A stretch of 64,000 nucleotides of DNA from the human T2T-CHM13v2.0 reference genome, Homo sapiens, in NCBI RefSeq assembly GCF_009914755.1, contig NC_060931.1; one strand, 5' to 3'. Shown in pieces: positions 49,040 to 63,439 of this stretch (position 1 is the stretch's first letter; every line of letters begins with the position of its first letter). Under the pieces are notes generated by a model. The model worked only from the letters and a program-made list of their open reading frames with translations, did not search any database and was not told the DNA's origin. The position numbers and the translations under genes are program-made.

Positions 49040-50390
49040 TCCTTCATTTCTTCATTCCTTCATCAAATATTTATTCAGCGTATGTTCTCTGTAGGTCCTG
49101 GCCTCATGAAACTTGCATTACTGTGGGGCAAGATGCAAAGTAATAAATAAGTAAAATATATATAAAGTATTTCAGATGATAATATATGCTGTAGTTAAAA
49201 AAAAAAAAAAAGAGTAGGCATGGGGAGGGGACCAGAGGGTGCCAGAGTCTAATGGAGGTAATCCGAAATTTTAGAGTGTTAATGGAAGTCCTTAATGAGA
49301 TGGTAACATTTGAGGAAAAACCTAAAGGAAGAGTAGGAGCAAGCCATGCAGCTATCTAGGGAAAGAGCGTACCAGGAAAGAACGTCTAAGGGTGAAGAGC
49401 CAGAGGGAGGCATACACTTAACATCTGAAGAACAGAGCAGAAAGGCCAGCATGGATGAAGTGAGTGAGCAGGGGAAGAGTAAGAGATGAAGTCTGAGGTT
49501 TGATCTAAGGAGCTGAGATCTGGAAAGTCATTGTAATGACACTGAGTTTTACTTTGCATGAGGTAGGAAGCTATTAGAAGGTTTGGAGCAGAAGAGTGCT
49601 ACATAATGTGAATCAGTCTGGCCGCGATGTTGAAACTAACATCACAGTTGTTAGTTGGGGAGGGGAGGTTGTAGGCAAAGGCAGAAGCAGGAAGCTCTGT
49701 TAGAAAACTGTGGCAATAATCTTCTAGGTAAAAGGTAGTGGTGATTCAAAGCAAGATGGTAGCATTGGAGAGGATGAGATATGGTCAGATGAGGATATAT
49801 TTTAAAAGTTGAGCTAACAGGATTTGCTGAGGAATCAGAAGTGAACCAAAGACTACAAAGTTTTTGATCTGAACAATTCAAAGCATGAAGTTTTTATTTA
49901 CTGTAATGAAAGTGAACCAGACCATAGGAGAGGCTATTGAAGTGTGTGGAGGGCGGAGAGGGGGTTCAGATAGAGAGGGGATAACAAGAAATGTTTGAGA
50001 TGCCTGTTAGGCACCAGAATAGACATAAAAAGGGAGCCGGCAATACAACCTGGAGTTGAGATGAGAGTTTTGGAGTCATCAGCATACAGGTGGGATTTAA
50101 AGTCATGAGAAAGGCTGAGAGGTGAGATCTCAATAGGAGCACAAGTAGATGAAAAAGAGAAGCTGTCCAAGAATTGGACCTTGGGTACCCCACTGTTGAG
50201 ACGCTGGAGTGCTAGCGAAGAACCAGCAGAGGAAGTTGAGGAGGCAGCCAACAGAATAGGAAGGTAGCTAAGAAAGGGTGTTGTCCCAGAAGTCAAGGGA
50301 AGTGTTTTAAGAGAAGTGTGTCTTCATCTGTGTCAAATGCTGTTGATAGGTTAAATTAGCTCAAGACAGAGAACTGGCTACTGGTGGGCT
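49040..50390 (-). mobile_element. L2a fragment
   Basis: cattccttcatcaaatatttatt tail; - strand RT-like peptide HLYADDS at 49934-50296. Confidence 0.8.
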
Positions 50391-50609
50391 TGACAAGAGG
50401 CCTGAAATGCTTTGGTTTGCATTCCTTTATCTTTCATACACAACTTACCTAAAGTAGGAATACGCTTCAAATGTATATATTTGGGAATAAGTTCCTCACT
50501 CCTCAAGTCTACGGTAGGGTTTGATGTCATCAGGGCAAAACAAAAATGCAATTAGAGTATTTTTAGTGTGCTATATGAAAGGCCAAATTGGCAGCCTCTC
50601 TTTTCTCAA

Positions 50610-51115
50610 GGTCAGTATCAACATGCATAAATCATGTTGACAGTATGTCTATGTGCCCTTGACATGATGTGATGAAAATGGCACGTTACCAAAACCTATT
50701 ACCTCAATCTAATCATGAGAAAGACATCAGAAAGATTCCAATAGAGATACATTCTGTGAAATACCTGATCAGTACTCATCCAAACTGTCAAAGCCATCAA
50801 AAACAAGGAAAGTCTGAAAAACTATCACAGCCAACAGGAGCCTAGGAGACATGATGACTAAAATGTACTTTGACCTCCTGGATGGGGTCCTGGAACAAAA
50901 ATAACATTAGGTAAAAACCAAGAGGCCCTGAATGAACTATAGATTTTAGTTAAAATAATGTGTTAATATTGGTTCATTCATTGTAACAAATGTATCATAC
51001 TAATGTAAGATGTTAATAATAGGGAAACTGGGTACAAATTATATGTGAACTCTGTACTATCTTCTCAATTTTTCTGTGAATCCAAAACTATTCTAAAAAT
51101 AAAGTCTATTAATAA
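50610..51115 (+). mobile_element. L1MC/MD-like 3'UTR fragment
   Basis: aaaaacaaggaaagtctg...atcatactaatgtaagatgttaataatagggaaactgg...aactctgtactatc. Confidence 0.75.
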
Positions 51116-51129
51116 AAGTATTAGGCAAA

Positions 51130-52215
51130 GTATTTCAGAGAACATTTATCCAATGAAAATATACAGGTGGCTAATTCATATTAAGCATGAAAAATGCTCA
51201 AATTCATTTGTTATTAGGGAAATGCAAATTAAAACCACAATGAGACATCAGTCTGTGCCCAGCAGGATTGCTGTAACAATAAAAAAAAAGAAAAGACAAT
51301 GAAAATGTTGGCAAGGTTATGGAGAAACTAGAACCCTCATTTGCCGCTGGTAGAAATGTAAAATGGTGCAGCTGCATCATTTCCTCAAAAAGTTAAACAT
51401 AGAGTTATGGTATGACCTAGGAATTTCACTCCTAGGTATATACACAGATAAATGAAAACATACATGCGTACAAAAATACGCACACAAATGTTCATAGCAA
51501 GCATTATGTATAATAGCCAAAAAGTATAAACAGGTTGGGCGCGGTGGCTCACGCCTGTAATCCCAGTACTTTGGGAGGCCAAGGCAGGCAGATCACGAGG
51601 TCAGGAGATCGAGACCATCCTGGCTAACACGATAAAACCCTGTCTCTACTAAAAATACAAAAAAATTAGCCGGGCATGGTGGCAGATGCCTGTAGTCCCA
51701 ACTACTCGGGAGGGTGAGGCAGGAGAATGCTTGAACCTGGGAGGCAGAGCTTGCAGTCAGCCGAGATCGTGCCACTGCACTCCAGCCTGGGCGACAGAGC
51801 GAGACTCCGTCTCAAAAAAAAAGTACAAACAACCAGATATCCATCAACGTATGGATGAATAGAACGTGGTACATTCATACAATGGAGTTTATTTGGCCAC
51901 AGAAAGACATGATGTGCTGAATCTTGAAACATTATGTTAAATTTAAGAAGCTAGTAACAAAAAGCTATTTTGTATGACACTATTCATATGAAATGTCCAA
52001 AATAGTCAAATTTATAGAGATAGATTAGTAGGGGTCGAAAGGAAATGGGGAAATAGATAGAGGAGTCTTTGGGGGGTGATGAAAATGCACTAAACTAGAT
52101 TGTGCTGATGGTTGTACAGCCCTGTGACTATTCTAAAAGTCCTTGAGTTGTACCCTCTAAGTCTGAAAATTATATGGTATATGAATTATATCTCGATGAA
52201 GGAGTTTAAAAAAAA
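51130..52215 (+). mobile_element. L1MB/ME-like 3' fragment interrupted by an Alu
   Basis: IREMQIKTTMR remnant and old L1 3'UTR. Confidence 0.75.
51533..51818 (+). mobile_element. AluY/Sc-like
   Basis: Full Alu; TSD aaaaagta(t/c)aaaca. Confidence 0.94.
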
Positions 52216-52589
52216 AAGAGGTTGAGTTTTAAGACTTGAAAAATTAAATCATTCATCATAGGAAATGAGGAGCCAAAGTTTTATCCTCCCATTAGTGGGG
52301 AAACTTTTAAAAGGAAATATTTGGCTCATTTTTTAGTTTCCCTAATCCATCCTGAGAGGTAGAAGATAAAGGAAGAATTTTTGGAGAAGGAGGTGATACT
52401 TCATATTAGTCTTCATAGGAATTATCCAGAATAGGGAGAAAGTCATTTGGAAGAGAAAGGGTAGTTCCGGGGACTGGAGAAGATGTTCAAGGAAGGAGGT
52501 GGTGAAAGAAGAGACCTGAGTCATCATCAGGCCTGAAGTCAGGGCTGGCTTTGGGTAAGCCACAAATGCCACCTTATTAAGGCCTTCTC

Positions 52590-53870
<1,281 letters not shown>

Positions 53871-56329
53871 GCTGCCTGCACAGAAATGCTACTTTCACCA
53901 TAAATTGATAGAGCATCCTTCTTCCCAATAAATGGAAGCATTTTCTCACGTTAACTTCTCCAACTCTTTTAATTAAACTGTCCAGATACTTTCCTCAAGT
54001 GACAGAGTGATAAAGCCAGCCTAGCAACTAAACATACAGATTCAGACCCCTGCTTTATCCTTGACCTTGTACCTTCACTAAGGCCAGGAATGATCTCTGG
54101 CATAGCTGAGAATGTTGAATTCCTCCCAGGGGAGCTGTTTACATAAATTTATTTCCTACAAACCTGTTGCACCGGGAACATTACTTTTGTTTTCTGCAGG
54201 AAAGGTTGTGAGTTTTCCTATTTGGAATGACCAAAGTGTAGTTTGATAGAAGGGGATTAGCAATGACATGCTGCCACCTACTGGAACTGCCCACAGACAG
54301 CCAGACTGAGAATGTCTGTGGTCTCCTAAATCTCCCCTCACTCTTCTGAATCAAGAGTGGGTATTGCCCCTGAAGCGGACTTCAAAGGTGACTTGGCTTG
54401 AAAATGTGAAATGCCCCACCTATCAAATAAAAATTTATCTGACTGCTTTGCTAGAAGAACAATTTTGTTTCTGAGAAAGAAGCACAATATTTGTCACATC
54501 CTTTTCTCTGTTTGCGTTTCCCAGCTTTATTCTGCCATTGGTCTTGTTTGCCTTCCCAATTCTAGGGGCACCTATCCTTTTCCCAAGATTTGCCTTTAAT
54601 ACCCCAGATTTTTGACTCAAGATTATTAGCCGTGTAGATTTGGGATTAATTTTGTAGAAGAGACTAGTCTGCTGCCAAAAAAATTCTTTTTTTAATGATG
54701 ATGCCCCTTAAAATGCTGTTAAATCTCTTAAATTTAATAGTGATAAAAAGCTAGCCCTGATTTTCCTAGGGGCCAGAGTAAATTGGGAAATGCGATGGTT
54801 TACATGGCTTCCACTGCCAGATAGAAAGAAATATACCAGTTGATAAAATTCAGTAATAAAACCAAATCTTGTATGGCCTGATCTGATGGACTTTTTAAAG
54901 ATCTTTATATAAATAGATTTAAATAATATTACATCTCTCCAATTAAACCTTCATTTGACCTTGCTGTCCCGTTTCTGACCATGCCGCTTTTTTCTGATCT
55001 CCCTTTTTTTACATTTACATTAGGTCCCGTGCATTGTAACAATTAATTGATCTCTAATTAATCATTTAATTAGGACTCCTTGAATGCGGGTGAGCATGCC
55101 TTACTGGTCTGCATATCCTTCACAGAGCACTTCAGAGCAATAAATACTTCTAAGCCTCTCAAAAAAATCTCTCAGTAACTGACGTTTGATTCCCCATAAA
55201 CATATCTCATGTGTGAGGCTTTGATTAAGTAAGATTTCTTTTGATTATGCTCAATTAGTGTCACCATATTTTGTATATATATATTGTCAATGTATAATTT
55301 AGGGTTCCTCGAGATTACTGGCAGACAGTGACACTCTTCCCTTTGTAGCACATGTGCTGGAATTGGAATGATTCAGAGATTAGCATAGATAGCGAGTATT
55401 ATTATTATCCAGTAAAGATCCCAAGGAACAGAAATAAGAAGTGACTTGTCCAGAATCTGTCATCGAATCCTGCTGTTTATATATTCTGCAGTACCTTTGT
55501 ATTCATCATAGTTAGTTAATTAACCCACCCAGGGAGGCTATTTTTCTGCCAGGGAAGGGTTGCATTGTACTGAAAAGATATTAAGCTTGTTCTGTGACTG
55601 AAGCCCAAGAATGATCATTTACCGACTCTATTAGAATTCTCACTGAAAAATTTGAGGCTGGAAGCTGACCTTTCTTGTTTTCTAAATAAAGATGTAGTGT
55701 TTAAATTTTGATGCTTGAAAGTAGGAAACTGGCACAATCGCTGTCGTAAAAGCAGAGCTACAGCCCCTGTAAACCACATCATGCCAGACTTCCCATCCTG
55801 CCCCTCCCTTTACCTGCTTTATCATATACAGGAAGAAAGCCCTTCTCTTCATTCCCACCTCCTGCTTTACTGAACACCCTTTGCTGATCCAAACAGAAAA
55901 AGATCAGAGTACTGAAGGAAGGTCACATGGCCACAGTGAATTCTGTGGCCAGCACTCCGCTCAAGGACCTTTTGTTCTCTGAAACCTTCTCCAATGTGCC
56001 TGGCCCATATCACTTGCTCTTTTTATAATCCTTTTTTTTTAATTTTCTGTACTCTAAAATTAATACCTCATTATGTGCTATATTGTTCTTCATTTGTTCC
56101 CATCTTTTAATATTTTATTCATCTAATTTTTATTAACATGTTCTCTCTCTACTGAATTATAAAGTTCTTGTGACTAGTTACCATGATTGTATTTTGTTTA
56201 TTTGGTTTCTGGGTGGTTTTCCCCCTTTTACTTCTCTGTAATAGACTACCTGTCAGCAATCTGAAGTATTTATGAAAATAATATGGGTTTTAAAATATGT
56301 TTGATATGTATTACTTTCGATGTATGTTT

Positions 56330-56639
56330 GTTTTTGTTTTTTGTTTGTTTGTTTTTTTGAGACTGACTCTTGCTCTGTCACCCAGGCTGAAGTGCAGTGG
56401 CCTGATCTTGCCTCATGCAACCTCCGCCTCCCAGGTTCAAGCGATTCTCCTGCCTCAGCCTCCTGAGTAGCTGGGATTAAAGGCACGCGCCACTACACCC
56501 GGCTAATTTTTGTATTTTTAGTAGAGATGGGGTTTCACCATGTTAGCCAGGATGGTCTCGATCTCCTGACCTCAAGTGATCTGCCTGCCTCAGCCTCCCA
56601 AAGTGCTGGGATTACAGGCATGAGGCACAGCGCCCAGCC
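56330..56639 (-). mobile_element. AluS (Sx/Sz-like)
   Basis: TSD cgatgtatgttt at 56318-56329 and 56641-56652. Confidence 0.93.
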
Positions 56640-56825
56640 ACGATGTATGTTTTAGAGAGCATCTGTAGCTAAATACAAATAGGTTACCAAGAAATAGTTT
56701 TTGTACCTAGCTTTACAGACCTTTAACTTTAAACTACTTTCTCTAAAACAAGGAAAGCTCCTGCAAGACATGTGATTTTTTTTTACAAACCATCCTAGAG
56801 GCCTATATTGGTGACTTTCTCTCAG

Positions 56826-56861
<36 letters not shown>
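56826..56861. repeat. (TGA)12 trinucleotide microsatellite
   Basis: Read directly; explains the poly-Met and poly-Ser ORF-track entries. Confidence 0.95.
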
Positions 56862-56899
56862 CATATTCCAAGTATAATATGAGTAATTATAATTACTGT

Positions 56900-57120
56900 T
56901 ATATAATGATCTCAGCACATGACATGAACTTTAGTAAATGCTTTACCTACATTGGTTCACTGAATGTCCCTGAAACTCTATATTTAGCTATTGCTGCAAA
57001 AAGATGAGAAAACTAAAGCTTAACGAAGTTAAGTAAATTCCTAGTTTACATAAGAAGAGAGGCCAGATTCAAACTTAGGTCAATCCAACCCCAAAGTCTA
57101 TGTATGCTCTTAACTACGTG
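56900..57120 (-). mobile_element. MIR
   Basis: gatgagaaaactaaagcttaacgaagttaagtaa...ggccagattcaaacttaggtc. Confidence 0.7.
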
Positions 57121-57569
57121 AAGTAAGGCTACCATTTTGGTCAATGTTGGGTCTCTCTTTTGCTTATATTAAAATATGATTTTATTTTTCAGTTATTCTC
57201 TTAGCTATCAAACATTTCTTTTTTCCTTTATTTTCTCTGGTTGGGTGTCTTTCCCCCTTGATTTCCACTGAGCTCTGATTGCTAACTGTTTTAATCAGCT
57301 TTAATGGGCAGTTTGACGGCAGAGGGGTCTGCAGACTCTTCCTACCTTGGTGGTGTTATGGGGTTGGTTTTGCTCAGCTGTCAGGTGTTCATGCTGCTTG
57401 TGGGTCTTCTGCTGGCCTTCCAAACAACTGTCCTTGGGGAGCAACACTTAGACCCGAGACCACTCTCTCAGAATCTCACCACAAATTAGCACGTCATCAA
57501 CAGCACTGAGCAGCACCATCATTAATCCAAATGCATACACCTGTGCTTTTAAGACAATAAGCAGCTAAA

Positions 57570-57750
57570 CCAAGTGCTTCCCAAAGACTAGAAGGTATAA
57601 GAATTTCCCTATCAGCTACAGGGTCTCTTGCAGGGAAATTGTTTTAAGTGGAAACTCTTTGACTCCATCCCTAAAAGTTCTGATTTAGAAGGCTGAGGGT
57701 AGGGCTTGGGCATCTGCGGCTTAACAAGTGCTCAGGAGATTATCATGCAG
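57570..57750. mobile_element. MER5-like hAT DNA transposon fossil
   Basis: gttctgatttagaaggctgagggtagggcttgggcatctgc...ttaacaagtgctcaggagatt. Confidence 0.65.
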
Positions 57751-58115
57751 AAATACCGGCCCTGACCTCGTTTTCTTTGAGATTCATGCAATATCCAGGC
57801 CATCGTCTTTCAACCTCATGTTTCTCCTTTAGTCCCCTTTACTCTTATCTCCTACTGCAGGCAGCAAAAGTAAAAATAACTTGAAAGCACTTTTCTAGAT
57901 TATTTTAAATTATTAAAATGACACACAAGGTGGTCACCATTATTACTCTCAGTTAACATGTGTAGACATTGAGGCAGAGTCGGGTTGTATTCTTGGAAAT
58001 TTGGGAGTAAACTAAATAGCATTTCATTCACCTAGTAGTTGGCTAATAAATCAACCTTTAATTGTTGCATGAATTTGAGTAAGTCACTTCAGCTCTCTTG
58101 GCTGAAGTTTCCTCA

Positions 58116-58410
<295 letters not shown>

Positions 58411-59135
58411 TATGAAGGGTTTGATTAGAGGATCAACTATAGGGTCTCTTGCAGATTGGACTTGCCTAGAGTTCCATGACATAAAGCCAGAGAGCGGTTT
58501 GAGAGATCTAGAGCCCTGCCTCAACTCCTAGCTCTCAAAAGAGACTATCACAGGAAAGCTATCTAAAAGGAAACAAATTAGCTCCCATCCAATTCCATAA
58601 AGATACTGTAAACATGTCTGAGATATGCAGTATATAACAGGCATTTTAATATTTGTTGATTGGACAAACTAATGCCTGTGTGTATGGATGAATTAATGAG
58701 GAAGGAAGTACTGTAGGCCTGTTTCTTTTCATAGTCAAGATCGTGCTTAAAGCATTTGCTCACCACACGTACAGGAGAGTAAAACAGATCTAGACGCTGG
58801 CTACTGCTTTTGCATGACCTATAAAGGTCTTATAAGGCTCTGAACAGTAATTCAAAATGTAAACGTGTAGGTACTCAAAAACATAAATGTCACATCTGCT
58901 TTAGCTCTTCATCTCCATTGCTGTGCTGTAGTTTTCCAATTGATGGAAAGGTTTTATTCAGATCAGCCATTTCTCTTTTTCCTGGAGGCATTCTTAATCT
59001 CCGTGTTCTAACCTTTAACAATATAGGCTTCAGTTGCCGTGTAATGATTTCCATTGCCTGGAATCTACATGTTTAAATTCTTCCAAAGAATTGTGCACCT
59101 TCTGTTTTTCTCAGTTGCAGATGGAGTCAAACCAG

Positions 59136-59159
59136 AAAAAAAAAAAAAAAAAAAAAAAA
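59136..59159 (+). repeat. Isolated poly(A)24
   Basis: Read directly; no Alu or L1 body is adjacent. Confidence 0.95.
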
Positions 59160-60869
59160 GTGGAGTAGGAGAGGCCAGCTCTTGATTGACTTCTTTCTCT
59201 TGACACACACGGTCAGGGGAAGGAATGGATCAATTGCCTCAACTTTTCAGCAGGCATTAACACTGCATCTCATTCTCCTTCAGGCAGTCTGTTTCGCAGA
59301 GACACTGATTAAACATTTTGGGGTATTGGGGACAGAGGGAGGGAGGGAGAGGTTGGGGATTTTTAGTGGCTAGAGCCTTTTATTGACAACATTAAAGGCT
59401 TCATGATATATTTGACCAGAAATTAATTACAGCCCAGTTCCCCATTTCTCCCTTAGGTGACAGTCTTCTGTTGATGTGTGCTGCTGTGAAAGTAATAATA
59501 GGTTTCAAATGTTTGTGAAAAACATAAAGTAATTACTTGCTGTGGTAAATCAGTCATTTGAAGCTTCAGCTTTTCTCTGTTCTATGTGTGTGGCAGTCTG
59601 TTTCTTTTGTTAACTTTAATTATACAACATATGAGAATTTGTATTTTTCAGTTTTCAGAAGTTTTGCTTTTTTCATTTCTTGGTGCATAGTTCTCCAGGG
59701 ATATAGGTATTGAAATGATAATGACACATAACCAGCATTTGAACAAGGGAAGCACATGTGTGTGAGGAAGCTGATTGCTTTAGTTAAGTTTCGTAGCTAT
59801 TGGCTATCAGCTATTTGCCAGTTTTCTAATGGGTCTTAAATATTTACTGTCTGTTGTACAGAGGGGAAGAATTGGCTTTCAGGCATTTTAAGGCTCCTTC
59901 CACCAATAGCACTTGTTTACATTATGGGCCCTCAAGCCAAAGAGTCTGTAATAGCTCTTTCCCCTTTTTCAAATTAAAAAAAAAAATCTGTTTTTTTCTA
60001 TTAAAAGCTGCAGCTCCTTGCCTGGGGTTCTTGCCTTCCAGTAAGATCTGTAAAGATCTGCCTGGATAATACCAACCTCTATGTTGACTCACCTGGACAA
60101 AGAGAGAGAAATTTCCTTTTGGCAGCTGTTTTAACAGGGAGCCTTGCCCAGACAGAATAGTGAGGCCTGTATACTGGCCAGCATGGCATATTATCACACA
60201 TCAATTTCCTTCTGTCTGCACTAAGGCTAGCTCACTCCTCAAAATAGGAATTGTTCACATGTATTTTCAACTCAAATAATTCATGTTAATCTTGTTTCTC
60301 TATTTTGTCTAATCTCTCTTGTTCATTCCTGATCAGTGAAGTATCCTTAGTCTGCATTTCAAAGGTTTGCTTAATTTCCCATACCAAGCTGCCCCTCTTA
60401 AAACAATGTTTTCCCCATTCGATGTTAACCTCTTTCTTTGAACTATTATTTATATTTAGAACCAAATATAAGAACAGTAAGAACTGGTTATCAGTAATTC
60501 CTCTGTATGGAAAATTGTGCTAAACTAGGACTCTGTGCTTTTACATTGCAGTGATAATTGGGATTCATGATGTTTGCCCGAGTCTAGAATATCCCATCCA
60601 TTACCAAAGAAGAATACTACTACAATTAGTATAGTTAGCATTATATATATTTTGCTGTATTCTGTCTTTGAAAAATCAGTAACTCAATATGATATATCTG
60701 AGAATAAGCAAGAATATCTGATTAAAAATACCCCTCATGTTCTTTTCATACTGCATCGTAGAGTATTTATAGCTCTATAATTGTCATAGCATTTCATTTC
60801 TTCCATAAGACTAGGTAGTAATGACAAACTGCTTAAAATAATTTTATATTACTTTATTATTTTTAATAT

Positions 60870-61100
60870 TAATAACTACTATGAATTGAGTATTTATTTT
60901 GTATAACTTATGTGATTTACACACATTGTCTTATTTAATCCTTATACTAACCTAGTATGTTTACGAATTAACTTTTTCATTTTGCAAATGGGAAAACTCA
61001 AACTCTGAAGGATTAAGTAACCCGGGTTCTACACTGTGGTAAATGACAAGACCATGATTCAAAGTCAGGTCTATCTGCAGTTTAGCCATTGCGCTATACA
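60870..61100 (-). mobile_element. MIR
   Basis: ttatttaatccttatactaacc...cattttgcaaatgggaaaactcaaactctgaaggattaagtaac. Confidence 0.75.
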
Positions 61101-61582
61101 GCTTATGACAATGTAATACATTAGTATTTCAAGAAAATGTACCACAGCCTCAATGTTCTTATTGACTGTATTGCACAGTATTCCTAGTCAAAAGAACTTA
61201 AAGGAGGGATGGCAGTGTTTTATCTTCCCAGAGAGGAACTGAAAGGAGATGTTGTATAGTCGACCTGCAGGGTAAAACAAAAGAAGACCCAAGAAGATGA
61301 TGAAGGAGGATTTTAGCACAGTCCCTAAGGCCTGTCTAGGAATGACCACAGTCATTGATGGGCCCAACACAGGCATGAAGTGGTGTAAGACCTCAGAGAG
61401 ACCTGGCATGGCAGCAGTGTTAGGGGTGCCCAAATCCAGGAGGAAGGCTGGACCACACCTTACAGGGAGAATGAGTCCACCAAGTACAAACCTCAATTCC
61501 CACAGTATCAGTAGAGCTCCTACCTAGGGTGGTACCACAGTGACTGATGAAAGTGTCTTAAAATAGCTCTTAAAAAGTTAGT

Positions 61583-61877
61583 GGCCAGATACGGTGGCTC
61601 TTGCCTGTAATCCCAGCACTTTGGGAGGCCGAGGCAGGCAGATCACGAAGTCAGGAGATCGAGACCATCCTGGCTAACGCGGTGAAACCCCGTCTCTACT
61701 AAAAAATACAAAAAATTAGCTGGGTGTGGTGGCAGGCGCCTGTAGTCTCAGCTACTCAGGAGGCTGAGGCAGGAGAATGGTGTGAACCCGGGAGGTGGAG
61801 CTTCCAGTGAGCCGAGATCGCGCCACTGCACTCTAGCCTGGGTTACAGAGTGAGACTCCATCTCAAAAAAAAAAAAA
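61583..61877 (+). mobile_element. AluY
   Basis: Y diagnostics; imperfect TSD a(a/g)aag(t/c)tagt. Confidence 0.94.
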
Positions 61878-61999
61878 GAAGCTAGTATGTTTTTAATTAA
61901 TTTAAAATATTCACAAAGGAGGAGAAATCAAGAAGCTCTGTCTTTTGTTATTTCAATAGAAAATCCAGTCATTTTAAAAGAAAAAGTAGTGATATATTA

Positions 62000-62556
62000 T
62001 TGACACTTGTCCATTTTTGGCTACCCCTCCTCTAAAATCTATGTTTAAGGAATTCCCCACAACCTGGTCTTGGAGTGAAACAAAGTGCATCTTCCATCAT
62101 AAACACACAAAAGCCCAAGCTTGCTTACTGTGTGGGGGACAACCTCAGCTTCGCCCATCAGATGCATGCACTCTGAACTCTGATCGGGGAGCTAAGGACT
62201 CCAAGCACAAGGGTGACAGAGCACCACAGAAGGCTCCCTCAGCAGCAGTGGTAACTTCTGGTTACCTAAGGTGGCGGCAGTAGTAGTGGCAGTGGTATGG
62301 CCAACATCCACTTCTGCTGGCAGCAGAGCAAGACCTGGTGTTCTGTGTTTAGCAGCAGCTGTGGTGGTATCTTCACAAAACTATCTTTGAAGAGTGATTC
62401 TGGAGAGATTTTGGCCACAATCCCAGCTGCTGTCTAGCTTTGTTTATTTCTGCTCCCTTTCCAAGTCTCATTCTCCAGCCTTCCTGGCTCATCTTGGAGT
62501 TGCCCAGTACCCTTTCAATAATTCCTTCTCTGCAACTTTGAACCCTGATTGTTACA
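62000..62556 (+). mobile_element. Old ERVL LTR (LTR33-like)
   Basis: 3' end ccagccttcctgg...cccagtaccctttcaataattccttctctgc...gaaccctgattgttaca. Confidence 0.65.
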
Positions 62557-62799
62557 TACATATATTTATGTAAAATCTAGTAATAATTGTTAATCTTAGC
62601 TTTTAATTCTGGCAGTCCACAGTGAAGTTTGGAGTCTTACATTATTATTATTACTATTGAAGTTTCAACCCACATTGTATCACTTATCTTGGTCAATTAT
62701 ATAACAAACTTAACTGTCTATCAAGAGTTTTTATTTTTTAAAGAAAAAGCAAAATTGACTGGATTGCATGCCCTGAAGCAAGGCTACCCAGATCTGGGA

Positions 62800-63380
62800 A
62801 AAGTTAGTTATTGGATCTACACATTTGTTTCCCATAAATCATCCCAAAGCGCAGTACCTAAAACAACAACCATTATATGAGTTCTCTTAGTTGAGCAGAT
62901 TGACTGGGGCCCAGCTGTAAGGTTCTTCTCTGGACTGCCTTGGGTTCTCTCCTGTGGCTGCAGTGGGATGGCAGCTAGGGCTGGAGCATCCGGAATGGCT
63001 TGCCTCATCTGTCTGGTGATTTGGTGGGGACAACTGGAAGCCTGGACTCAGCTGGGAGATGGGCATGGCTCAGTTCCTCTCTCTGTTTCTGTGTAGTCTC
63101 AGAGATTCCCCCTCTCCATGTAGATTTTCCATGTGATTTCTTCATCAGGGTAGGCATACCTCTTACATGGTTACTTGGGGCTCCCAAAAGCATGAAAGTA
63201 GAAGCTATCAAGCCTTTTTAAGGCCTAGACCCAGGACGAGCATAGTATCACTTCTGTCACTTTCTTAAAGCAAGTCACAGGGCTAGCCCAGATTTAATGT
63301 AGGAGAGGACTAAATAGAGGCATGAATGACGGGAGGCATGTTTCATTAGGAGTTATCTTTGGAATTTAGTCACCACTATA
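62800..63380 (-). mobile_element. MaLR LTR (MLT1G/H-like)
   Basis: taaaacaacaaccatt...gactcagctggg...aaagcaagtcacagggctagcccagatt. Confidence 0.75.
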
Positions 63381-63439
63381 CTTAAACTTCAGCCTCCAGT
63401 TATGTGCACCCAACGCAGTGCCTCATACAGTAGACATTC

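Noticed and set aside
56652-57007. Poly-Met and poly-Ser ORFs
   Set aside because: Products of the (TGA)12 microsatellite.
61258-61271. AGTCGACCTGCAGG, identical to part of the pUC polylinker
   Set aside because: Only 14 nt and the flanks do not continue into vector sequence; most likely coincidence.
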